Assembly (NCBI GenBank): GCA_013265495.1
Contig: MU061049.1
Coordinates: 620,001-684,000, forward strand
Direction of reading: 5' to 3'
Source of the DNA: Vicugna vicugna
Lineage: Eukaryota
Length of the DNA: 64,000 bases
Both the position numbers and the translations under genes were made by a program. Positions 1 through 10,609 of this stretch are shown piece after piece. Below the pieces are notes generated by a model. That model searched no databases. It was not told where the DNA came from and was given only the letters and a program-made list of their open reading frames with translations. Each line of letters starts with the position of its first letter. The first letter of the stretch is position 1.

Positions 1-1211
1 TGCGTGTGCGTGCTCAGGCCCGGCTGGGGGTGGGAGAGTGGAGGGGCCTCCCTTCCGGGGAACTCAGGTCCCCTGGGGCCTGCGAGAGGGAGGTATCACA
101 GGGACCTGTTAACACGAGGCCCATGGCCCAGGGGCCGTGCGCGGGGGCACGGCGCGGTGGGGTCCGGGTACGCCAGGCCCCTGGGGCCCGGGTGGTCTCC
201 AGGAGAACACAGCCAGGAAGCTACCTGAACTCCTGTGACGACCTGCAGGGGCTGCACAGACATACGTGTGCTGCCGCCCAGACCTGCAGCCTCGCAAAGG
301 AGGTTATCCACATCCATGACCAAATACATTCTGTGAATGCTTCTCTCTAACTTGCCTCCATTAAATTCCGCGTTAACTTAGCGGCTACACAGAGACGGAA
401 CCCACGTGAGTGCCCAGAGCCCCAGAGCCCGGGTCTCAGCTCACTCCTGAGGGGTGGGTGAGGGGTAGACGTGGCCGGCGGGGACGTCTTGGGACTTCCT
501 CGAGCCCCAGCCTCGCCCTCCCTGAGGCCGGAACGCAATGGGGGTGACAGCTGAGACCCGCAGGAAACACCCTTCTCTCGTCTTTCTGCTCTGACCCAGG
601 CTCTCACGAGGCCCGTGGGGATGGGAGAGTGGGTGGAGCCTCCCTCCCGGGGAACTCGCCCAGTCCAGACCACCGGCTTCCCATGGCCTTGCTCCCAGAC
701 GGCCTGTCCAGGAGCCGTGCCCTCTGCTCCGAGCCCAGGTGACGGAGCTAGGGCTCTTCGCTCTGCCTGCCTGTCGGGGACATTTCAGCGCAAGCCTCGC
801 CCCGTGTGGCACCTTGGGGTGAGCTCTCGTCTCCTAGGAGGCATGTGTCTGGGAGGCACACATTGTGTAAATTATCCCTACGGGCCCTAAACGCTGTGCC
901 ACCGGCAGAATAAACAACAGCACAGACGGTGGCTCGGACACTCGGCCCTGGATGGTGGGGCCGCTGTGCTCAGAGCCCGTCAGAGCCCATGACCCACCAC
1001 CGCGCTCCCAGCAGCGACCCGGGCAGCCCTGGAGCCGGCCACTGGGGCTCCGGCCCTGCATGGCCCTGGGTGGCCCCGGCCGTCCCTCCACCGAGGCGCT
1101 GGGCTGGGCAGGCAGGCCCCCTCGCCCCCTCCTCCCACCAGGTCGTGGCCGGGAGCCCAGCAGGGCGGCCGTGCAGCCTTCCTGGCCTGCTTGCTCTCCG
1201 TAGCGTGGTTT

Positions 1212-1343
1212 NNNNNNNNNNNNNNNNNNNNNNNNNNNNNNNNNNNNNNNNNNNNNNNNNNNNNNNNNNNNNNNNNNNNNNNNNNNNNNNNNNNNNNNNN
1301 NNNNNNNNNNNNNNNNNNNNNNNNNNNNNNNNNNNNNNNNNNN
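1212..1343. other. Assembly gap (132 N)
   Basis: Run of N. It may hide the 60-nt EKLPLHSSEEAQNLMGQSS-type exon, which is not found in the called bases. Confidence 0.99.
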
Positions 1344-1831
1344 ACTAGGGAAGCTCAAAGTCTGACTGGTGCGCCCGGCGGGCTGCCCCAGGCCCGGCCA
1401 CGGAGGCGACGCTCTGCCGCTATCGGGGAACCGGGCTGGCTGCACACAGCCGAGGGGCCCGCCCCGGGCCAAGCAGCGTCCGGGGCGGGCCAGCCGGGTG
1501 TGCGCTGCCTCCTGCAGGAGGACTTCCCCGCCTGCCCGCCTGGGCTCTTGCTCCTGCGAGAACACGTCTGCTCCAGGGCCAGCAGGTGGAAGGGCGCCTG
1601 CAGGCCGGCGGGCGGCAGAGCAGGGCGGACCCCGGCTTCACAGAAGGCCAGCTGCGGGGGCTGACCCACCACGGAGACACAGACAGACCTCCCGCCCGCC
1701 CTCGGCTGCATGGGGACCTGCGCCCCCGGCATCACGACAGGGCCGTGCCTGCGCGGCTCGCTGCCTGGGACGCAGACAGCGCGGGAAGCCCCCGGCGAGA
1801 AGGGAGCAGGTCAGAGGGCGCGGGTACGTAC

Positions 1832-1907
1832 CGGGGAGAGCGGGGTTGGTCTGTCCGAGGGGAGGAAAGGGGGGTTGCTGCATGGCCAGCTGGTGGAGCT
1901 TGGTCAG
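1832..1907 (-). CDS. PCBP3: PCBP3 76-nt linker exon LTKLHQLAMQQPPFPPLGQTNPALP+G
   Basis: Acceptor ccctcctgcccccgcag, donor CCG|gtacgt; phase-1 end. Confidence 0.94.
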
Positions 1908-2469
1908 CTGCGGGGGCAGGAGGGACACGAGAGCTAAGAAGGTTATTGTCATCGAGTGGAAGTCACACCAAATCAAACACGCGTAACAGAACTCTGCACA
2001 GGTAGATAGGAGGGGCCATGCGACACATGGCGGACGCAGCAGCGCTCAAGGACTTGGCCTGGGGTGACCAATGGGCTGCGGGCGGTGGGCGCACCGGGTC
2101 CCTTCCTCCCCTCGGCTGCCTGGCAGCTCCCGCCTGAACCAGCCCCTCTCCTGTGGCCAGGCTGTGCGGAGGCCGCCTGGCCTCGGGCTCTACGGGAGGG
2201 TCCGAGAGCCACAGAGCAGGACCGGCTGGGCCCCAAGCGCCTCGACGTCATGCTGTCACTCGCAGACTCAAGCGCATCTAGGGGAGCCCATGGGCCGCTC
2301 TGTCCTGCCAGCCCCATGCCGGACGCAGCCCCGGGCCGGGCCTGGACCGCTGCCTGGCTGGCCTGCCTCCCCTGCAGGCCCCGGCTTTACCCAAGGGTGA
2401 CTTGGAGGGGGCCACCTGCAGGGTGTCCCCTGTGACTTCCGGGACGACAGAGGTGTGCTGTGAGAGCTG

Positions 2470-2487
2470 CCCCCCAGAGGGCGCAGG
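2470..2487 (+). promoter_or_regulatory. Candidate CTCF site
   Basis: CCCCCAGAGGGCGC, one mismatch to the CCASYAGRKGGCRS core; motif match only. Confidence 0.35.
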
Positions 2488-5149
2488 GCTTGTCTGGGAC
2501 CTTCCTGCCTGTCCCCCACCCCAACCCCCCAGACTTCGGTGGGGCTCTGAACTGCACTTTCCTTAGTTATTTTTATTCGAGCCTCCTTTCTTAAATAAAC
2601 ACTAAAAATAACAGAAAGTAATGGTGAATGTAGTGAGACTTGGCTGAAAGCTGGAACCGCCCACCCTTGGAGACTCCGGGGCCATGGTGTCCTCAGCCGA
2701 GCGGAAGGTGGGGTGGCGCATTCCAGGACCGCACGCAACCCCCAGCCCCCCCCAGACGGAGACCAGCCCCCATGCGTCCCAGAGCAGGCTTTCAGCACCC
2801 TGACTCTTGTCTGAAGGCGAGGATGGGGCCCCACGGAGCCCTGCGGCTGGTGGGTGGGGCCATCGGAGCACTGCAGGCGTCCCAGGTGAGACGAGGCTCT
2901 GACCAGTCACCACCCGGGTCCTGCCGTGCAGAATCCGTGTCAGGGAGGCACGAGCACTGGGCTCTCCCTGCACCTACATGGACGAGCCCTCGGGGGACAG
3001 AGGAGTGGGCTGCTGCTGGCCTGCGGCCGGCAGGCTCTCCTAACAATTTAGACACCAAATGCCCCTTCCCAGTATGTGAAGGATCACCTCCGCCCCCCAA
3101 CGGCCCCTCCCTGTCCACTGCCCTGCAGGTGCAGCTGTGGGGACAGGGGCTGGTGGAGCCTGGTGGGCTGGCCCAGCCTCTTCCCGCTTCTGCAGGTCAG
3201 GGCCTTGGCGCGAGGCAGGCGGACGCAGCCCTGGGCTCGCCTTCCAGGCAGAAGCTCAGCTGTGGGAGCCGCTGGGATTCGGGTGGCTACTCCTGCAGCA
3301 TCTGCCACCACAGAGGGTCCCCTCCCTCCCTCCTCGGAAAGGGCGAGCTGTCGTGAAAGCGGCCCTCCCTCGATGCCCCTGGCACTTGGGTGGCCTGCCT
3401 GGGGAGGACCAGCCACCTTCCAGGCTCAGCTGGCATGCCTGGAGGTTCTGAGGCGGGACATGGGGACTGTGGTCAGATTCAGCTCTGGGTGGGAGTCCCC
3501 AGCAAGGAGGGGCCGGGGGCTGACGGCACACCTGCTGCCCGGCAGGTCTGCCTGTGACCTCCCACCACCAGGCTCAGTGTGACCACAGCAGAAGGGCTCA
3601 CCGGGAAACACCCTCACGGGGACAAGAGGTGAGAGGTGGCCTGTACCTGCTGTGCCTGCCGCGGGCGAGATGATCCTGCGGGAAAGAAGGGGCTGGGGGC
3701 CGGGGACCCTGCCGCATGGCTCCTCTCCCCTGAACACACGCACAGCGAGCATGGGGACGAGGCTTAAGGGCTCCACTCCCGGGAGGGAGGAGGAGCCCCG
3801 TTTCTGGAGACGGCAGGCGTCAACTTGAAGAGCAAAGACCAGCTGAGGGCAGGCAGGCTACCTGCTCTGACCGCCACTGGGTTCCACGCAGACCCGGCGC
3901 TGCTGCAGGCAGTGGGCCTGGCACGCGACCGGAGTCCTGGGGGCTCCAGCCCTTCACCCGGGGCCAGGGCTGGGGGAAGCCTGGGGGTGGCCCTGTGGGC
4001 AGTGGTATCCGCCAGCACTGAAGGACCGAAGCAGCCCTGGCCTGGCTGCTCTCCGCTCCTGGTCTGCTCTTCCCCTGTCATGTGTCAGTGCGTCCGACAG
4101 CAGGGCTGGCGTGGTCCCCAGGAGGGCAGGGCCCACTGCTGCCTGTCACCGAGTCCCCAGGAGTGCACAGCTGTGCGCTGTTCGGGATGGCAGGGGAGAG
4201 TGGAACTCTAGGGGTGGCAGAACCGGCCCGAGTCGGCCCCAGCACTGGCTGGCTTGGTGAAGACAGGCAGGTCTGGTCGCGTGGATCTGTACCCTCACCT
4301 GTGAGACGGGGCTCCCTGTGAGTGGATGCAAGTTGTGTGGCGCTGTCCACGTTAATGGGCAAATGCGCATCATAAGCCAGCAGGGCTCCCCACCCACTGC
4401 CCCCGGCCTCCGCAGCCTCCGATGCTCCTCTGGTCTGGCTGTCTCCCCCTCACTGTCAAACGGGTGCGGAGCATGTGGGGGTCCACTCCAGAGCCCGCCG
4501 GCCACGCGTGTTACAGGCACAGCCAAGAACCCATGAGGGGGGCTCTGCTCAAACCCAGAACGTCTGGCTCTGCAACCCTGACCTGTGCCAATGCAACGTG
4601 TCTGCTGCTGCTCAGGAGACAGAGGCCACACCAGCAGATGAGCCCCCTCAAAGGTGAAGTGGCATCGTGGAGAAGAACTGGATTGGACAGTGGTGCCTGG
4701 ATACACGCCCGTCCGGCAGGTGGCGGTGAGCGGCCAGGAGAGCGCACGCGTCTGCCTGGGCTCTGCCTGAACTTGGCCTCTTTGGGACTCAACTTCTGCA
4801 TGTTTTAAAAGGAGGGAGCAGGACTAAGTGCTAAGGGAACTTTCCACTTTTCGAGATATTTCTGCCATAAAAAGAAGAGAAAATAAGATAAAATAAAATT
4901 AGACTTTCTCATCTGACCAGCACCTACAAATCAGTGGGCGGGAAGGGCGGGGAGGGCAGAGGGTGGGGCCAGCAGGGGGGACCCTAGCAGACATTTCTCC
5001 ATAACTTGCCTTTTCCATTTGACTTTGTGCCAGGATATGAAAACTGACAAACACGAAAATCCTAAGCACTCGTAGTGGACAGCTCCGGAGCCGCCGCCAG
5101 GTGGGCGCGGCACGCCGGCCAGCCCGGCGGTCTGACCCGAGTTCCTGTC

Positions 5150-7290
5150 TCCTCTCCCGCGAAGTGCCTGCCTGTGTCTTCTGCTCTTTTGTTCATCCTA
5201 CTTTAGTTACATGTGCTTGAAAAGCAACCCCCCACACGGTGCCTTTAGAGAAAGAGACTTCAAGCATCTTAATGGAGTCAAATCCATCAATGTTTTTATG
5301 GTTTGTGCTTATGTTTTAAGAAAATTTCCTGGACCTGCGAACTGAAAGCTGTTCCATGTTTTCTTCGGACAGCGTAGACTTCCCTGTCCTGTGTGGAAGC
5401 TGCTGATGCAGGGGAGTGGCTTCCCACCTGACGACTCGCCTCCTCGCACCGCTCACGGCCAGTCCATTTTTCTCCTTGACCCACGTCGGCAGCTCTGGCC
5501 CAGGCCAGGGGTCCTCCTCGACGTCTGGCCCCGTCTGGGGACGCCGGGACCAGACCACACGCCTCGAGAGCACGGCCCGTGGGCCCTCCGTCTGCGAGGA
5601 CATCTCCGTACCATGCAGCCTCTGTGTCAGCAGCTTGACGGGTGTCAGCTTCGTGCTGTCAGGTAACGTTTAAAGCCACCCGTCAGGATTCTGACTGCAA
5701 TTGTGTTGCGTTTGCACCTCACTTTGGGGAGAACCGATGCGGTTCAGATACTTGAACGTCCCACCCTGAGTATCACAGGTCTCTCCGTTTACTTTGGGCT
5801 TTTGGTCTCCTTAACTTCCAGTAAAGACAAGTTTGTTTGTTTGGTTTTAGGTCACCTTTTAACTGTTGATTTCAACTTAACGGCTTTGTGGTAAGAGTCT
5901 CTACAATTCCAATTTTTGAAAGACTGTGAGTCTTCTTTCTGACCTGGCACGTGGTCAAGCTTTGCAAACGTTTTCACGACCTCCACAGCCACGCTGGGGG
6001 GGAGCCCAGTGCGCGGCGGTCGAGCCAGGCTCCCCGACTGCCGTCAGGGCCTTCTGTGTGCTTGTCTTCTTGGCCTTAATTCAAAGAGGCGTGTTAAGCT
6101 TCTGCTGAAATGCCTGTCAAATTCTCTTAATGGCTTGCTAATTTCTTCCTAAGAATGTCTGAAGTTATGTTTTACATGCATACAGATTTAAACTGTTTAT
6201 CTTCTAGTGAATCAATAAGCGATAACTAAGTAATTTGCCTTAAAGTTGTTTTTTCGCCACTGACCTTAACATCGGGGTATTAAGTTTCTTTGGGTTAGTA
6301 TTTTCCTAGAATAATTTTCCTAGGTCCTTATTCTTTAGATGTGTCTCTTGAAAAAGGTTTTTTTAAACTTTTGTTTGCTTCTCTAAAAATGCTGTTTTAA
6401 AAAAATCCTGACACCCTTTGTTTTTCAGCTGAAAAGTTCCTTCCCCTTGACCCTAGTTACCCCACGTGCAGCTAGTTTCCGCAGCTTATCCCACCTGTCC
6501 TGATTTTCCAGGGTCTCCTCCTTTCTCGCTCCTTTTCTTCTGTACTGACTAGCACCTGCCTCCTCTCACCCAGTCTCTCCTTGGTGCCTTCACGGGAGTT
6601 GCAGAAGTGAACACTCTCCTGGTGGCCGTCACTTTGAAGTCGTAACGCGCACGTTTGGAGTCTCCGTTCAGCACCTCTGCCCTCCTCCCGAAGCGTCCAG
6701 GGGCCTCCAGGACGCGTCAGCCCTCAGCCACACCCGGTCCTGCCTGTGCTCGCTGGCGCCCGGGTGGTTCCGTCACGTTAGGCCCACAAACGAGACGGCA
6801 CGGATTCTGATTTTGTGAAGTTTGTTTTCATTTACCCAAACGTTTAACCTTTAACGTAGTCAAAACCAGCAAGGTTTTCTCCACGACTTGTGCTTGTGCT
6901 GATGACAGAAATGGTAATTCTCTCGGCTCACCCTTTTTTCCTGCGTTTATAGCCCTTCTTCGGGGATCCTTCTCCTACTGAAGGGGGCTCATTAGAGGCT
7001 TGTTGGTCACAAATGCTTGTCTGGAAACATCTGTATTTAGGTCCTTGGACTGGCCTCTCAAGGCAGAACTTTAGGTTGACAGTTACTCTCCTGGTTCATG
7101 CCACCCCCCTCCGGCTCCACCGCTGCTGGGAAGAAGCTGGCCCACTTCTCACCGCGCTTCTTTGTGACGTTCTTTTCTCTCTGACCACTTGGAGGATTTG
7201 CTTTTGTCTGAGGTGGAGTTTTGTTCCCCTTGTTTGGGGTTTGCTAGGGTTCCGAATGAGAGGGTTTTGTTTGCTGACTGACTCTGGGAG
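5150..7290 (-). mobile_element. Ancient LINE-1 (L1M) fragments
   Basis: T-rich decayed sequence resembling antisense L1 ORF2, e.g. gtcaaatccatcaatgtttttatggtttgtgc and ggattctgactgcaattgtgttg. Boundaries are approximate. Confidence 0.55.
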
Positions 7291-7376
7291 GTTCTCGGTG
7301 CTCACCTCTCAGGAGCGTCCCTCTCCATCCCATCCCCTCTTCCCGGCTTCAGTGCACACCCGTCCTTCCTGCTCAT

Positions 7377-7465
7377 CAGTGTTCTCAGACGTCCACGTGC
7401 AAACAGGTCACCAGGGGCTTGTGAAAATGCAGGTTCTGATTCTGAGGGGGCGGGGCACAGCTCAG
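7377..7465 (+). mobile_element. MER5-like hAT-Charlie DNA transposon fragment
   Basis: cagtgttctcagac...gtcaccaggggcttgtgaaaatgcaggttctgattc resembles the MER5A/B 5' end. Confidence 0.5.
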
Positions 7466-10400
7466 TGCAGCAGGAGAGGCTGCGGTCCATCCCGGCGTGA
7501 ACCGGGGGTGAGGGGGACGGCGGAGCGGCTGCAGCAGACCAGCTCTCAGCAGCCGGGGCCGAGGGCATGTGTCCGCCACTCTGAGCAGAAGCCAGAGGTG
7601 TGGGCGGTAGGCGGGGCGTGCGTGGGGATGCGGGTCACTCTGCGCTGCTCTCACAGTGAGATGCGAGGGGCGGGATCCGAGAGGGGACACACAGAGGTGG
7701 TGAGAGAGCGCTGTCATCATCAGGGGACGTGCACGGCAGTGCCAGGACCGTGATGCACACAGTGTGCAGCCCTGCAGGCTCCCCACCGCTTACTCTCTCG
7801 GGAACAAGCTTCCTGGCAGGCACGGGGCCCATCCGCATCTGCTGAAATCCACTGTCCTGGGGAGGGACCAGCTGCGCCACTCCTGGCCCTGAGCGCGGGG
7901 CGGGGGCCTCTCAAAGCTCCCACCTCCTGGCACAACCTGCCGGCCGTGGCCCCGTAGCCAGGCTCCAGAGGAAGGCAGCGGCCGTCCTTGCTTCTTCTTG
8001 GGGCCCTTCACATGGCAGGGGTGCCAATGAGGGTGGGATGGGGAACGCTGGAGGCTAGAGAGCAGAGCCACACACACGGGGTATGCTTGAGGTTGACCAC
8101 TGTCCCCCAGTGCGATCATGCTGCAGTGATCAGGGGACAGACAGGGGACTATGGACAGATGGTGGTCACCGCACTGGGTCTGTCCAGGCTCCCATGTTCC
8201 AAGTCGGGGCCGCAGCCTCCCCTCCTGGAGCTGAAACTACTCGTGATCCTTGGCAGGGGAGGAGGGAGGCGGGCAGCGAGACCCAGGCCCACTTCCCCAG
8301 CCACCAGCAGTCCCTGCACATCCTGCAGGCCCAAGAGCTAGGAGCTTCCAGAAGGAGTCCCATAAAACAAAGCCAGTGGCAGGGGAGACCAGGAGACCCA
8401 GAGGGAAACCAGTGAGGGTGGGGCCCTGAGCCTTCAGTAAGGGTAAACCAGAAAAGAGGAAGAAAGACGGATATTTTAGTTCCAGGTAAAGGAACACTCA
8501 GCTCTGAGACGTATTTTCTCGTAGTCTGCGCCTGATCCACGTGAGGCACTTAGCCGCCAGACGGCCGTGGTGTCAGCCACTGTGCTTGAGATACTTAGTG
8601 TGTGTTCAGTTATCTCATAAAATAAATCAGCTCTTTCTGTAATTATTCTATTAGGTTCTAAGAAATGAAGCTTTAAAAATTCCTACTGAAAATTAAGCTC
8701 AGATAAAACTGCCTTCCTGACCGTCGTCACTGGTCACCAGCCGTCTTATCTTGTTTTGAACGGATTCTCTTAGCGGTGTTCTAGTCTTCGACTCTGTTCC
8801 TGCAAGGAAGGCATTTACCAAAGTCCTGCTGTTCTGGTCCTAACACCTGCCCCCCAGCATGCTGGTCTCGAGAACGCTGGGTCCTGCACGAAGGCCTTTC
8901 ACGATAAATAACCAAGTGCTTCGAATCTCCACCAAATGCAATAGGGTAATTACAGGACAGTTAGTCACAAAATAGTTTAAAATGCCCCCAAAAATCTGCA
9001 ACTACCCATTTTTTAAGAGGTACCAAGAAAATCACACGGAGAGAGCAAAACAATCGATCGATGTGAAGACCAATCAGTCAGACCAGTCAGAGTCCCTCGG
9101 CCTCAGAGGCCACGTGGTCCAGCCGAGGACACGCAGACCAGGCGCTAGGCCGTGACCCTTAGGCCCTGGGCGGCAGGGAAGCACAGCTTCGCCCTCGGGC
9201 CGCAGGGCCGAGCCTGGACCTCAGAACCACGGGGCCAGGCTGCTGAGTGTGCAGAGCGCCGAATCTGCCTTTGCACAGACGCATTTCCACAGGCAGAGAC
9301 TGCCAGCCCGCGCTGAGTGAAGCCTGCCGCCGGGAAACCCGCTCCCACCCAGATTTCCATCATCCCCGCAGGGCGCCCGGCCAGCCCTACCTGCATTTCT
9401 GTGCTCACGCCGCCTGTCCCCCAGCTCCAGCACCTGTCCTCCCCTAGGTCCCTTTCCCTGGGCCCCAGCCACTGCCAGCCAGGACCACGAGGGCCGGCGT
9501 CACCCACGAGGGACCAGGGAGGTCCCTGAGCCCCCTCCTTGCCAGCTTTCTCTGTCATTTGATTCGTGTGTGTTGTTTAATGAGGTTTTTTGAAAGGAAA
9601 AACTCAGTATTTCTTTTCTACTCGGCAGAAGTCTCCCTGCAGTGACAGTGACTGAAGCTCTGTATTTCCAACACACACTCATTTGGTGTCAGTTAATTCT
9701 TAAAACCCTCCCCTCCCTGCCTTTACATCTTAGGCAACCGGCTCTTCACTGGCCCAACTCAAAAACATGAGGGTTTGCAGAGCACGAGTGAGCATCGCCT
9801 GGCACCCCCCCGCCCCGCCTGTCTGGACAGACCACCCCGGCCCCCAGGCTCACAGAGAGCCAACAGGAGGCCGCTCCTGACCCGGCCCTCCCCTTGCTCG
9901 GCCTGCGGCAGCAGCACAGAAGCCCGCCCCTACCTCTGCCTTCTCCCCCCGACCCCCTGTACAGGCGGTGCAGACTCACTTCCCGCGTATCTGAAACCCT
10001 GAGCAAGGACCCCCTGCCCCCGTTCTGCCCCGTGGGCTGAGCGGCGCCCTCCCCCGTGGCTCTCCCCGAAGGGCCCTTGGGACGTGGCCCACCTCCAGCC
10101 CCGACATTGCACTCAGACTGGAGCACCTAGAACGGGGCCTTGGGCTGCTCCACGGGCCTCCGACCGGCTGGCTCTCCGGCACGTGGGCACCCTGCTTCAG
10201 CCTGGGCTCCACAGGTGTTCAAGCGCCCTTCCCGACGGACCTCTGCCGACGGCGTGTCACCTGACGGCGGCGGTGCACGCGGCCCGCGCCGCCCCCGCCC
10301 ACTAGGATGGCCGCCACCCGAGGCCCCGCGGAGGAAAAGCCCAGACTGCAGCCACCATCAATTGACATCAGGCCAAGTCCTCCACGTGAGGAGAATTAGT

Positions 10401-10567
10401 GCTAAGAGGCTGAAGGTTACTCAGGGCCGTGGGCACGACACAGGGCAGGAGCACCGAGAATGCTATTAATATTATGTCTAATATTAATATTAGGAGCAGT
10501 CGACAGCAGCATGCGGGCTGGGGGGAAACGGCACGAGAGGGGAGGCGAGGGCGGAGTGAGAACTCAC

Positions 10568-10609
10568 ATCTGGGTGGGGAATGGCGTACTGTCCCTGGAT
10601 CGTGTAGGC
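10568..10609 (-). CDS. PCBP3: PCBP3 42-nt linker exon AYTIQGQYAIPHPD
   Basis: Acceptor ctctctctttccag, donor GAT|gtgagt. Confidence 0.95.

Noticed and set aside
1-1211. PCBP3 KH3 exons (GLDASPPAS..., LIGCIIGRQG...)
   Set aside because: Not found in the called bases; they must lie beyond position 1.
1908-1935. Upstream AG (cttcttag) as an alternative acceptor for the LTKLHQ exon
   Set aside because: It adds 26 nt and shifts frame, and would consume the true pyrimidine tract.
4339-4348. REST/NRSE site (GGCGCTGTCC)
   Set aside because: Only one half-site; the adjacent GTGGTGCTGA half is absent.
9576-9581. Sense-strand ATTAAA as an intronic poly(A) signal
   Set aside because: The downstream sequence is A/C-rich, with no U/GU-rich element.
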